64,000 nucleotides of DNA, from positions 13,144,001-13,208,000 of the forward strand of contig OZ024752.1 in assembly GCA_964016885.1 (NCBI GenBank). The letters are read 5' to 3'. This document shows, in pieces, positions 1-13,309 of the stretch. Each line of letters starts with the position of its first letter. Positions within the stretch are counted from its first letter, which is position 1. The notes under the pieces were generated by a model. It searched no databases and had not been told where the DNA came from. It saw only the letters and a list, made by a program, of their open reading frames with translations. A program made the position numbers and the translations under genes. The stretch is from Eledone cirrhosa (lineage: Eukaryota).

Positions 1-131
1 ACCCTTGCAAGCAGGGAAAAGCGGACGTAAAATGATGATGATGATATATATATATATATATATGTTATATATATATTATATATATATTATATATGTTATA
101 TATATATTATATATATATTATATATGTTATA

Positions 132-198
<67 letters not shown>

Positions 199-217
199 AT
201 ATATATATTATATATAT

Positions 218-1190
218 TTCGTTTCTGAATTTGTTTAGCAAGATTCTTTATCTGAAATCGTGTGTTGAAACCGATATTGTTATACTTTGGGAGGGTCATG
301 TTGCCAATAAGAAACACACGCACCAGTTGCTTTCACTTCAATTTATTATTATAATAAATTTATAAATTTCTGGTTGGTTGGTTGGTTCCACAACACTTAA
401 TAGCAAGACATACCCTTTTCAAAGACCCTCATGTATAGATAAGAAATGTATAACCTGTAAAATAAGCCCCCATATTAACTGTAAAACTAGAAATGTAGTG
501 TATAGCATAAGATGTACTGAAGGACAATGTAGAGACAAAAATATAGTGTACATAGGTGAGACAGCTCGTAGTGTAGGGGAACGGATAAATGAACACTGGC
601 GAGACCTTCAAGATAGTAAAGAATCATCTGTACTCTACCAACATGCTAAAATAGAACACAAGGGTAAATTAGAGAACATAGAAATAAAAATAGAATCTAC
701 ACACAGAAAAGACGCAATGTTTAGACAAATTACAGAGGCAATAAACATAAAAGAATTACAACCAAAATTAAATAGAAAATATGAGTGGAACAGCAACATC
801 ACAACTTACAATTAAGGACAAAATGAAAACACACACACGCACATAGAACAAACAACCAACCTGTAACATGTAAATAAACAAATAAATAAATGAACATAAA
901 CACAGACACCCGGATGTGGCGCATGCGCAGACGGAGCACACAACACACAGAAAATGGCGTAGGACAGAACAAAGGAGAGGCACAGAAACAAAGAAAGGAA
1001 TCCCCCAGTCACTGAAGAGGTCACAGAGTGTGTGACGAAAGAACTATGACAATATATAAACAACTATCTGGTTGTGGAACCAACCAACCAACCAGAAATT
1101 TATAAATTTATTATAATAATAAATTGAAGTGAAAGCTTTGGTGCGTGTGTTTCTTATTGGCAACACGACCCTCCCAAAGTATAACAATAT
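218..1190 (+). mobile_element. 5'-truncated Penelope-like retroelement (GIY-YIG endonuclease C-terminus) with inverted pLTR
   Basis: ORF 378..815 has C..C, VVYSI.C....C, YIGET.R...R..EH and E...I....P.LN. Segment 275-393 is an inverted copy of 1071-1190. Flanked by (TA)n. Confidence 0.88.
1008..1050 (+). ncRNA. minimal type I hammerhead ribozyme motif in PLE pLTR
   Basis: gtca-CTGAAGA-g-GTCACA/TGTGAC-GAAA-gaac-TA-tgac: stem I, catalytic core, stem II and a very short stem III. Confidence 0.7.
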
Positions 1191-1217
1191 TATATATATA
1201 TTATATATATATATATT

Positions 1218-1337
1218 GAAGGCGTGTGGCTGAGTGGTTAGAGAACTGGATTCGCAATCGTGAGGTTGTGAGTTCGATTCCTGGACCGGGCGATGCTTTA
1301 TGTCCTTGAGCAAGACACTTTATTTCACGTTGCTCCT
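1218..1337 (+). mobile_element. tRNA-derived SINE 5' fragment
   Basis: A box TGGCTGAGTGG, B box GTTCGATTCC, then the ccttgagcaagacactttatttcac body shared with other copies. Confidence 0.8.
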
Positions 1338-1412
1338 TCTACCTGGAGTTGCGACCGATAGATAGTATACCTCGGTCCGATTTGACGAAAGTCGATCGTT
1401 AGGAATATATAT

Positions 1413-4400
1413 GACTCAATAATCGGCAGTTCGACGGACCCTCTTAAAATGCTATAAGAAAATGAAATACATGCAATGTGGTAAAGTCAGAGTTTCAAGA
1501 GTTTGACAAAATGAGATGTTTTGATTGGTGGGCAGGATGTACTGGCCTGTAGTGTATATGGGGTGGGTGTGATGGTGAGATGTTGATGACGGTCTGTGGA
1601 TGAGGTGGGCTTTGGTGTGGTGGTGGTGGGTTGGCCTTGGCGTGTAGAGTATGTGGGGGTGGGTGTGATGATATGGTGGTGGTTCAGGTTATTTAGTGGG
1701 ATGAGGTTAGTGGATTGTCAGTAGACGGGTTGGGGTGTGGGTGGGGGTGTGGTAGTGGTGTCTTTGTCTATGGTAGCGGCGTTTGTGTATGGATGTATTG
1801 GTGGCGTGAGGTCCTTACATAGATACATAGTTAGACGCTCTTCGTCTGACAGATACCTTGTATATACGTATACGTACACACATATATGTATATATGTGCA
1901 CATATATTGTTGTATAAACACACACAACATAAAACACATACGTACATCCTTGCCCACACATATCGGCATACGCTCACACACAGCCATATGTATATGTACA
2001 CACATGTATGTGCATGCGCCCATGCGGTCACGAATACGGAGAGTGGGGGAGTATCGGTGGGGGTGGCGAACGACAGAGAAGGGGGAAGGTGAGAGGCGAT
2101 GTAGAAGGTGTTTTACATATATACATACACATGGGTATGGGCACATGGACTCACACGTATACTCACACATATATATATACATATATATATACACACACAT
2201 GTACTGACAACACACACATACACGCACATATACACATACATGCACATATATGAGCTCACCTACACATAGTCAGATTTGCCCATATACATATATGTAGACG
2301 TACACATACACACACATACATACACATACATATATACACACACATACACATATGCATACACATACACTTATATATATATATACACACACATAGACATATG
2401 TATACACATGTGTTCACATACACACACAGATAAATTTGCGTACACGCACGCACACTTAAAACGCCCGTATGAGTAAAATACTTACACAGACACTATTGTT
2501 GGTTGGGGAGTGGAGGTATGTGTTGTCGGTGTTGATGAAGTATGGAGTTGTGTTTTGTGTTGGTGGAGTTGTGAGGGACAAAAATATATATACCGGATCG
2601 AATACCGGTTAAAAGGTGACATAGGGAACGCGGGGGAAAAGCGTTTATGGACGTACGGCGATGTGTGTTGTGGACATGGTGATGGTGGTGGTGCTGGGGT
2701 GATATGTTCGACAAGATGATTACATGATCAGAGGTTACGGTGTGTTATATGGTAGCCAGACGGGGGGTGGGGGATATATAATACAGTCGATTTGGGAGCG
2801 AGGGATGATATGTGTTGATGATGTAATGATAATGATTGTTGAAGTATGTGGATGTATTTAGTGGTGGCGGTGGTTGTGTGTGCGTGCGACAGTACAGTTA
2901 CAGGGTCGAATTTAGCGTGGGGTTGCAGGTTAGGGTAGATAGAGGGAACATGGGGGGGGGGATGAGGTTGCAGGCGTGTATGGTATGCACATGACGATGT
3001 GTGATGTGGTGGTGGTGGCGATGGTATGATATGATCGACATTGTATTTACAAGGTCCCTTGTCATTGTGGATTGCAAGGTAGAACGTATCATATGGTACC
3101 GATTTAATACGATGTTGCAACTATGAGGTGTGTATGTTGATGTGAATTTTAGTGGTGGTGATGGTGATGTGTGCGGCATGATATACAAATGGGGGCTTAG
3201 AGATGGTAACATGGAGTACAATACAATAAGTTCATTGAGGTGGGTGATGTTGAGACGGGGTATAGGTGGTTATTAATATGGTGTGTTATGGTTAGTGTGA
3301 TTTTTGGTGTGGGTTATGTATGCGGCATGATATACAAAATACGGGCTTACATATGGTTAAATTCAATGAAATGAGATAAAGTGAAGTTAGATTAGAATTA
3401 AAGTTCGTTGAGATGGGCGATGGTGATACGAGGCAGGTGTGGTTATTATTATGGTGGGTCATGGTTAGTGCGTGGTCTTCCCGCGAAAGTTTGTGCAGAA
3501 AAGGTGTGCATCCTAGTGTGTCTGCAATTGACAATTATGTCCGACCTATAGTTTATGGCGGAATCAAGTTTAATTATTTCCGTCGCCTCAGTTATGCACA
3601 ATCTGCAATGGTTTCTGTCACTGGGGATGTATGCCACACGTCTTTTTACCGACTACGAGATCCGGGGTTCAATATTCCTGTCCTTGAGGTCCCAGATCAG
3701 ATCGGCCAGTTTTGTTTGGGGTCGTTTTGATCTGTTTGAAGGAGCTTCTGTGGTTATACCAGCGCTCCTTAAACGTAGTGGATGTCGCACCTATATATGA
3801 GTACTCCTTATTGCCGGCAGTGACATCGCACCGGTAAACAATATTCTTAACGAGGCACTTCCCGTTTAGTGGGCATTCGTCTCGTTTTTTGCGGTTGCAT
3901 TTGGGAGTAACCGGTACGGTGCAACGTTGGCGGTTGGCGTCGTGCGGTGTTGGTGTGGTGTGTGTGTTGTTGTGTTGTGTTGTGTGTGTGGTTTCGTTCT
4001 GGGTTGTGGTGGTGGTTTGTTGGGGGGAAACCATGTGTTTTCGTATTTTTGCCCTATTATTGTGTGCTATTGTGTGGCCTAGGTTTGGTGCTGTGGAGAA
4101 AGAGAATTTTACTGTGTGTTTATTGAAGAGCTTGTGGTATTTGTGTGTGTGTGGAAAAGATTGTTCGAGGGCCCTGAAAAAGGTTCCCGGTATGTTAGTG
4201 GCGACGTGTATAGAATAGGGGGGGGGGGGTTACCACGTGACAAGTCTACTTCGGTTTATGCGTTGTTTAGTGAGTTTGTGTGTGTTTTGGTCAGGCGTGT
4301 GTTTCAAATAGGTTCCTTGTCTCTATTGGTACGCAAACGTGTGCGATAGTCGGAGTTGTTATTGGGGCTGGAGAGTATGGCTTTATCTCCTAGACAGTTA

Positions 4401-5550
4401 TGTGTGGTGCTGTCTGCGTTGCCGGCTAGGGGGCGTCTAAGGTTATTGTGTGTCCTATGTGTGGAGGTTTCTTCTAAGTTCGTTTCTAAGGGTCCTGCTA
4501 TGTTTAGCTGTGTTGCGGTTCTATTAGGGTTGATGTAAGAAATCTTCTCAATATAACCAGCGTTTATAAGTGCGGAGTCATAGTATTCCGCGTGCTGCTT
4601 GAAGATGTTTTCGTTGGCCGACAGTGTGGACACTTTGTTGGAGACACTTTTAACTATAGAGTTAATTATGCTCTTCGGGTGGTTGGAGTGTCTATTGACG
4701 TATCTAAGAATTTCATTAGGTTTGTGGTATGGACGGTAGAGGCCTGAGTCTAATTCAAGGGTGACGTCTAAGAAGTTAACTGTCCTATTGTTGGGTTCAA
4801 TTTCTACTGCTAAACCTTGGGTCTTAAAGATGTACCTAAGTCGTTTGCGTATTCTATTCAGTTGGCTGTTATTGAGTCCACGGGTCATTAGTAGGGCATC
4901 ATTCCGGTATAAGCCACCGCCCAAGGAGGGGATCTCGTCCGTTAATATGTTTAGGAGGTACATCTGTAACCTGTGCCGAGTCAGTCGATCCCAGAGCGTC
5001 TAACTATGGATCTATGTAAGGATCTGACGCCACCAATACATCCACCACACCACCACAAACGCCGCTACCATAGACAAAGGCACCACTACCACACCCACAC
5101 GCCAACCCGTCTACTGACAATCCACTAACCTCATACCACAGCCCATCCCACTAAATAACCTTAACCACCACCATATCATCACCCCCACCCCCACATACTC
5201 TACACACCAAGGCCAACCCACCACCACCACACCACAGCCCACCTCATCTACAGACCGTCACCAACATCTCAACATCACACCCACCCCCATATACACTACA
5301 GGCCAGTACATCCCCTTGATCCTTCTAACCAATCAAAACATCTCATTTTGTCAAACTCTTGAAACTCTGACTTTACCACATAGCATGTATTTCATTTTCT
5401 TATAGCATTTTAAGAGGGTCCGTCGAGCTGCCGATTATTGAGTCGGGTAGGATCGATATAGATCGAACCTTGAGCTGATCAGTGGCGAAACGCGCGTCAC
5501 CTATCAATAAATGCAATGAAGGAATAATCAATCGTCCTTTTTATCCTTTC
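1413..5550 (-). mobile_element. Penelope-like retroelement, second family (RT C-half plus C-terminal GIY-YIG), degenerate, with about 440-bp inverted pLTR
   Basis: ORF 4304..4963 (GLYRND, FLDVTL, YRPYHKP, SNHP); ORF 3669..4034 (CPLNGKC...IVYRC...YIGAT..FKER..NH); ORF 3449..3637 (C.LC..E...CRH). Segment 1413-1841 is inverted at 4993-5444. Confidence 0.88.
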
Positions 5551-5767
5551 TATATATATATATATATATATATATATGTTATATATATGTTATATATATA
5601 TATGTTATATATATATTATATATATATATGTTATATATATATATGTTATATATATATTATATATATATATATATATGTTATATATATATTATATATATAT
5701 TATATATATATTATATATATATATATGTTATATATATATTATATATATATATATGTTATATATATAT

Positions 5768-5800
<33 letters not shown>

Positions 5801-6389
5801 ATATATATATATATTATATATATATTATATATATATATATGTTATATATATATTATATATATATTATATATATATTATATATATATTATATATATATTAT
5901 ATATATATTATATATATATTATATATATATATTATATATATATATATGTTATATATATATTATATATATATATATTGTTATATATATATTATATATATAT
6001 ATATTGTTATACTTTGGGAGGGTCATGTGACCCTCCCAAAGTATAACAATATCGGTTTCAACACACGATTTCAGATAAAGAATCTTGCTAAACAAATTCA
6101 GAAACGAAATATATATATATGTTATATATATATTATATATATATATATATATGTTATATATATATGTTATATATATATTATATATATATATATATTATAT
6201 ATATATATATATATGTTATATATATATTATATATATATTATATATATATATATGTTATATATATATTATATATATATATTATATATATATATATATATTA
6301 TATATTATATATATATATTATATATATATTATATATATATTATATATATATTATATATATATATATATTATATATATATATATGTTATA

Positions 6390-6432
<43 letters not shown>

Positions 6433-6764
6433 TATATATATATATATATGTATAATATATATAATATATATATTATATATATATTATATATATATTATAT
6501 ATATATTATATATATATTATATATATATTATATATTATATATATATATTATATATATATTATATATATATATTATATATATATATATAAAATAAAGTACC
6601 AGTAATGAACTGGGTAATTGCTGGCCTTGTGCCAAAAGTAGAAACAATTATATATATATATTATATATATATTATATATATATATAATATATATATTATA
6701 TATATATTATATATATATATAATATATATATTATATATATATTATATATATATTATATATATAT

Positions 6765-6807
<43 letters not shown>

Positions 6808-8925
6808 ATATATATATATATATAATATATATATATATAATATATATATATATATATTATATATATATTATATATATATATATATAATATATATATATAT
6901 ATATTATATATATATTATATATATATATATATAATATATATATTATATATATATTATATATATAATATATATATATATATAATATATATATTATATATAT
7001 ATATATATGATATATATATTATATATATATTATATATATATTATATATATATTATATATATATTATATATATATTATATATATAATATATATATATCATC
7101 ATCATCATCATCATCATCAACGTTTAACGTTTAACGTTTAACGTCCGTGTTCCACGCTTGCATGGGTTTGGACGGGGGTATCCCCACTTGAGGCAAGAGT
7201 GATTGTCTTGCTTGCATAGGACTGTCTGGCAGGTTTTCTACAGTTGGATGCCCTTCCTAACACCAACCACATTTACAGTGTGGGTCTGGGAGGTTTTTAC
7301 CGTGTTGCCTACACGGCCACATTAGAGCGTGGACTGTGTGTTTTTTTGTCATGACACCTACACGATCTCATTTGTTTCGGCCTGGATGTTGTGGCACCAA
7401 CATAACTTTACATAGGAGGGGGTGGTGTGGATGGGGTGTGGGTTTTGGGACGTGGGTCTATTTTGTTAGAGATGCCGACTGACTGTAGTAGGTTTACTTT
7501 GTATTTAGGTGAGGCGGGTCTTCTCTATTATATATATATTATATATATATATATAATATATATATATAATATATATATTATATATATATAATATATATAT
7601 TATATATATATTATATATATATTATATATATATATAAATAATATATATATATGATATATATATATATATAATATATATATTATATATATTATATATATAA
7701 TATATATATTATATATATAATATATATATTATATATATATTATATATATAATATATATATATATATTATATATATATTATATATATAATATATATATATA
7801 TATTATATATATATTATATATATAAATACAATATATATATTATATATATATTATATATATAAATACAATATATATATTATATATATATTATATATATATA
7901 ATATATATATTATATATATATTATATATATATAATATATATATTATATATATATTATATATATATAATATATATATTATATATATATTATATATATATAA
8001 TATATATACTATATATATATTATATATATATTATATATATATTATATATATATATAAATAATATATATATATTATATATATATAATATATATATTATATA
8101 TATTATATATATAATATATATATTATATATATAATATATATATTATATATATAATATATATATTATATATATAATATATATATTATATATATATTATATA
8201 TATATATATATTTAATATATATATTTACTATATATATTTAATATATATATTATATATATATTATATATATATTATATAAATATATATTATATATATATAT
8301 ATATATATAATATATATATTATATATATATATTATATATTATATATATAATATATATATAATATATATATATTATATATTATATATATAATATATATATA
8401 TATATAATTATTATATATTATATATATATATTATATATTATATATATAATATATATATATATATAATTATTATATATTATATATATAATATATATATATT
8501 ATATATTATATATATAATATATATATATATATAATTATTATATATTATATATATATATTATATATTATATATATAATATATATATATATATAATTATTAT
8601 ATATTATATATATTATATATATAATATATATATAATTATTATATATTATATATATTATATATATATATATATATTATATATATAATATATATATATATTA
8701 TATATATTATATATATATATATTATATATATATATATTATATATATAATATATATATATAATATATATATAATATATATATAATATATATATATATAATA
8801 TATATATATTATATATTATATATATATATATATATTATATATATATATATATTATATATATATTATATATATATTATATATATATTATATATATATTATA
8901 TTATTTATTATATATTATTTATAAT
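5551..8925. repeat. very long degenerate (TA)n / TATTATA microsatellite tracts, interrupted by short repeat fragments
   Basis: Seen directly; source of the spurious YI-rich ORFs. Confidence 0.95.
6001..6110 (+). mobile_element. ultra-truncated fold-back copy of the first PLE pLTR terminus
   Basis: 25-bp perfect inverted repeat ATATTGTTATACTTTGGGAGGGTCA-tg-TGACCCTCCCAAAGTATAACAATAT; 6028-6110 is the reverse complement of about 216-299. Confidence 0.85.
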
Positions 8926-9049
8926 TTGTGTGTAGGCAAGTCTCTCTGGAAATAGGGTTAGGCAGTGCTGAGAGTATTATGTGGCTGTAAGGCGTGGTGC
9001 GTTAAAGTTTAAGAACCTCTGCTTTAGAAAGATTAAAATAAATGCTTAC

Positions 9050-9180
9050 AAACTTTTCAGTTTTTTCAGAGAAAGTGAATGTTTCTCTGTAATCCAAGAA
9101 ACCTTCATTTTGGCTTCCCATATTTTCTTGTCTATTTGAGAAAATACCTGTTCTTTTATTGTAGAATCAATCTCAAATTC
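9050..9180 (-). CDS. CFAP44: CFAP44 exon (last seen in window): EFEIDSTIKEQVFSQIDKKIWEAKMKVSWITEKHSLSLKKLKS
   Basis: Hand-translated; gtttttAG acceptor, GTAAGC donor, 131 bp; F..D..I and W..EKH.L.L.KL motifs. The gene continues below coordinate 1. Confidence 0.88.
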
Positions 9181-9290
9181 CTAAAAACAAAAATGAAGAC
9201 TAGTAAGTGAAATGTTTCCAAGCAAAAAAAAAAAAAAAAGGCAAAGATAAATGAAAAAGAAATTAAAAAAACAGTACAGCTGTGATCGAC

Positions 9291-10195
9291 CAGAGGTCCT
9301 GAAACTTTTGGAGCCACATCCCCCCTCACAGCTACGTAATACCCTCAGCGCACCCCTCACAGCTACGTAATACTCTCAGTACTCCTCCACCACTATTTCC
9401 AGAGAGACCTGCCTACATGCAACTTGTAAATCTAAACTATAATAAAGTAAGGACCACAGGACTGAATACGGTTTATAATTCTTTTTATCCCATTAGTAAA
9501 ATAAGTTGGATTACTTTGAATAAATAATGAATGAATATTACATAATTTATCTACTAAATTTCGTTATTCTTGATTAAAGATATATTATTGTTTATTTAAA
9601 GATTCACTTCTTTAAAATTTTCAAATGTCAACACTTCCGGTTAGCGATCGCTTATATAAACATTCAAATATTTCCTTTACTAATTTTGTCCTAATGTAGT
9701 TTATATATAATATTGTCTTTTTTTAATGTATCATGGATTACGTTACTGATTACATAAGACAGTGTAACACAGTCTTCATTCAATTTCTATGTATATTGTC
9801 AATTACGATTTTATTTGATGTATCATATGTACATGCATATATATTTGAGTATGATATCAATATACACACTACACATGCTAGCAGAAAACCACCTGAAGGT
9901 AGTTTTCTGCTAGAAATATATAATAAATAAAATCGTTAATTTATATATAATAAATAAAATTGTTTATTTATATACAATAAATAATATAATATATACTATG
10001 TATAAATAAATATTACATATTTTTTATTTTACTATATTTTTATATAAAATGTATCATTTTATATTTTATATACTATTATATCATCTCTACTGACCCCCAC
10101 CACCAAAACTCCTTAGGCCCCCATGACCCCACTGGACCTTCTTAATGCCCCCTTCCCTACCCTCTCCACAGTAGCGCCCACTTTGAGAACCTCTG
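9291..10195. mobile_element. hAT-like non-autonomous element (CAGAGG...CCTCTG ends) containing a Helitron-like insert
   Basis: CAGAGGTCCTGAAAC versus CTTTGAGAACCTCTG; the 8-bp TSD is degraded. A related end lies inverted at 8930-9021. Confidence 0.6.
9431..9913 (+). mobile_element. non-autonomous Helitron-like element, copy 1
   Basis: 5' A|TCTAAACTATAATAAAG, 3' hairpin ending CTAG, no TSD; near-identical inverted copy at 20976-21458. Confidence 0.7.
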
Positions 10196-10390
10196 TGAAA
10201 GATCATCGATGACATCTATAGCCATTTTGGAGGAGATACCAACACAAAACCCTTACATTCACAGCAGGCAAGCCCCTGCTCATCAACTCCTTAGAATGAG
10301 GCCACAGTTTCCACAAAAACCACAAGCACACTTACACTAATCCCCCTCCTCCTCCTCCTGTTGCTGCTGTAACATCATCATCATCATCAT

Positions 10391-10612
10391 TTAACCCTTT
10401 AGCATTTAAACCGGCCCTATCTGGCCAGAATTCTCTCACCTCTTTCTGTTCAAACTGGCCATAACCAGCCCCTCGTACTTATGTATGTTCTCAAAATAAA
10501 TAATATCAAAATCTCATAGCTTTGATATTATGTGAGTTAATTATGTGAGGTAAAGCCTTTACTGTGAAAATATAATAGTATATATAGAATAATGTAAATG
10601 CTAAAGGGTTAA
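10391..10612. mobile_element. piggyBac-like MITE (TTAA-CCCTTTAGCA...TGCTAAAGGG-TTAA); related copies near 13713, 42175-42400, 45199-45414, 57518-57734, 60848, 61361, 62843-63333
   Basis: TIRs flanked by TTAA on both sides; shared interior of about 220 bp. Confidence 0.75.
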
Positions 10613-11326
10613 TGACTATTTTCACATGCTGGCCTAGGTTAGACAGGTTGTCACATTCTGGAAGAAGACAGATCAAGTGATCATATCTTGCTCATATAGA
10701 TCAATATTTAGACTTGGTTTCTATAGTCGGATGCTCTTCCTAATGCCAATCATGTTACAGTGTGAACTTGCTACTTTTTATCATGGCACCAAATCATCCA
10801 TCTAACAGGGTGGACTAGTTTTTTTTTTTTTATTGTTGTGTCACCAGCATGACCATCTTAAAGGGTGGACTGGGAATGTATTGTCATGTCACCAGTATGA
10901 CCACCTTACAGGATGGACCGGGTGCTTTTGTTATTGCACCAGATCACCATACAGGGTGGACTTAGTGCTTTTTTTGTCATGGCAACAGACTTATAGGAGA
11001 TGAGATGTGGGTTGTGTTCAGTTTTTATGGTATCAGGAGTAAGGAGTGAGGGCCAGGGGGAGTCAGCAAGTTGGACAAACCTCCGAATCCTTTGTTTGGC
11101 AAGCTTTCTATGACTGGATGCCATTCCTAACATCAGCCACTTTACAGCATGTACTGGATGCTTTTATTGTGTAGATCACCAGCACTAGGGAGGTTGTCAT
11201 GTCCTTGACACAACTAAAGGGTCCACCCAACCCTATGTTTGTTTGCTAGGCAAGTTTCTATGGCTGGAAGCCATTCCTATAATCAACCACTTTACAGTGT
11301 GTACTGGGTGTGTTTATCATGTAGAT

Positions 11327-12820
11327 CAAAGGTGTGCAACATATTCCATTAGCGGGCCACTTTTGAACAACTATTAAGGCCAGTAATATTTATTAAGCAC
11401 TATTCCAAAGATTCAGTACAACATGGAACTGGGATATTATAACACACATAACCCTATCAGTGAAGCCCTTTAGTATAGGTCAACTGGGAAATTATAACAC
11501 ACATAATCCTATCAGTGAAGCCCTTTAGTATAGGTCAACTGGGAAATTATAACACACATAACCCTATCAGTGAAGCCCTTTAGTATAGGTTAACTGGAAA
11601 ATTATAACACACATAACCCTATCAGTGAAGCCCTTTAGTATAGGTCAACTGGAAAATTATAACACACATAACCCTATCAGTGAAGCCCTTTAGTATAGGT
11701 CAACTGGGAAATTATAACACACATAACCCTATCAGTGAAGCCCTTTAGTATAGGTCAACTGGGAAATTATAACACACATAACCCTATCAGTGAAACCCTT
11801 TAGTATAGGTCAACTGGGAAATTATAACACACATAACCCTATCAGTGAAGCCCTTTAGTATAGGTCAACTGGAAAATTATAACACACATAACCCTATCAG
11901 TGAAGCCCTTTAGTATAGGTCAACTGGAAAATTATAACACATAACCTTATCAGTGAAGCCCTTTAGTATAGGTTAACTGGGAAATTATAACACATAACCC
12001 TATCAGTGAAGCCCTTTAGTATAGGTCAACTGGGAAATTATAACACATAACCCTATCAGTGAAGCCCTTTAGTATAGGTTAACTGGGAAATTATAACACA
12101 CATAACCCTATCAGTGAAGCCCTTTAGTATAGGTCAACTGGAAAATTATAACACACATAACCCTATCAGTGAAGCCCTTTAGTATAGGTCAACTGGGAAA
12201 TTATAACACACATAACCCTATCAGTGAAGCCCTTTAGTATAGGTTAACTGGGAAATTATAACACATAACCCTATCAGTGAAGCCCTTTAGTATAGGTCAA
12301 CTGGGAAATTATAACACACATAACCCTATCAGTGAAGCCCTTTAGTATAGGTCAACTGGAAAATTATAACACACATAACCCTATCAGTGAAGCCCTTTAG
12401 TATAGGTTAACTGGGAAATTATAACACATAACCCTATCAGTGAAGCCCTTTAGTATAGGTCAACTGGGAAATTATAACACATAACCCTATCAGTGAAGCC
12501 CTTTAGTATAGGTCAACTGGAAAATTATAACACACATAACCCTATCAGTGAAGCCCTTTAGTATAGGTCAACTGGGAAATTATAACACACATAACCCTAT
12601 CAGTGAAGCCCTTTAGTATAGGTCAACTGGGAAATTATAACACACATAACCCTATCAGTGAAGCCCTTTAGGTCAACAAACAGAAAATTGTATTACGGTT
12701 ATAAAAAAAATTCTAAATAAGTCTACAAGGTAAAAATTAAAAACAGCCATCGTGGGTCACTCTGTCTGGTCTGGAGGGCTGGATTGTGGCCTGCGGGCCA
12801 CCTGTTGTACGACGCCGCTG
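11327..12820. mobile_element. hAT-type MITE with 8-bp TSD ATGTAGAT and an internal minisatellite
   Basis: ATGTAGAT at 11319-11326 and 12821-12828; CAAAGGTGTGCAAC / GTTGTACGACGCCGCTG ends; subterminal GCGGGCC motifs. Confidence 0.72.
11427..12677. repeat. 55-bp (53-bp variant) minisatellite, about 22 copies
   Basis: Unit aactgggaaattataacacacataaccctatcagtgaagccctttagtataggtc. Confidence 0.95.
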
Positions 12821-12875
12821 ATGTAGATCACCAAAAGCGAATTTTCAGTAACTTCTAAAAGCTCAAAATGCTTAC

Positions 12876-13038
12876 TTTTTTACTCAGTCGAAGATTTTCT
12901 GGTAAAAGACCATTTTGTTCAATGAGGTGTTTATAGTCTCTGCGGAGAAGTGCGATATGCTGATGAACTTCATCTTTCTTTTGATTCGCTTCTGCCTTAA
13001 TCCGGTCTTTTTCAGCTTTTTGTTTTGCATCTTCGATA
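12876..13038 (-). CDS. CFAP44: CFAP44 exon: IEDAKQKAEKDRIKAEANQKKDEVHQHIALLRRDY...LRLSKK
   Basis: Within ORF 12855..13154; atttcAG acceptor, GTAAGC donor, 163 bp, phase 2 to 0; start of coiled-coil region. Confidence 0.92.
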
Positions 13039-13309
13039 CTGAAATTATATTCAACATCCACTGAATTAAGTAGAAGGCAAAGAGAAAAAAAGAAACAAAA
13101 ATAGAAAACACTGTTATAGGGGACTGGATTCATCATCATCATCATCATCTTCATCAGGGTCCACTAACACTTTTCAGGGTCATTGGGGCAATGTATTGCA
13201 GAACGCTGTACCAACTCGTATCTCTGGCAGTCATGGTATATTACAGGTATTGCTTTCATCAAACAAAAGATGAAAGACAAAACTGACTAAAACAAAACTT
13301 TTACATAAT

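Noticed and set aside
1218-1295. tRNA gene (also other SINE heads)
   Set aside because: A and B boxes continue into SINE bodies, with no complete cloverleaf or terminator.
1718-3221. His/Thr/Val/Cys-rich ORFs
   Set aside because: Products of CA/GT/CAC low-complexity sequence in the PLE 3' region.
5482-6934. Long YI-rich ORFs (also 5-365)
   Set aside because: Translations of (TA)n microsatellite.
11427-12677. CRISPR-like array, and a tetO-like CCCTATCAGTGA in each unit
   Set aside because: No unique spacers and no cas genes; eukaryotic intron; the 12-bp match lacks the second half of the operator palindrome.
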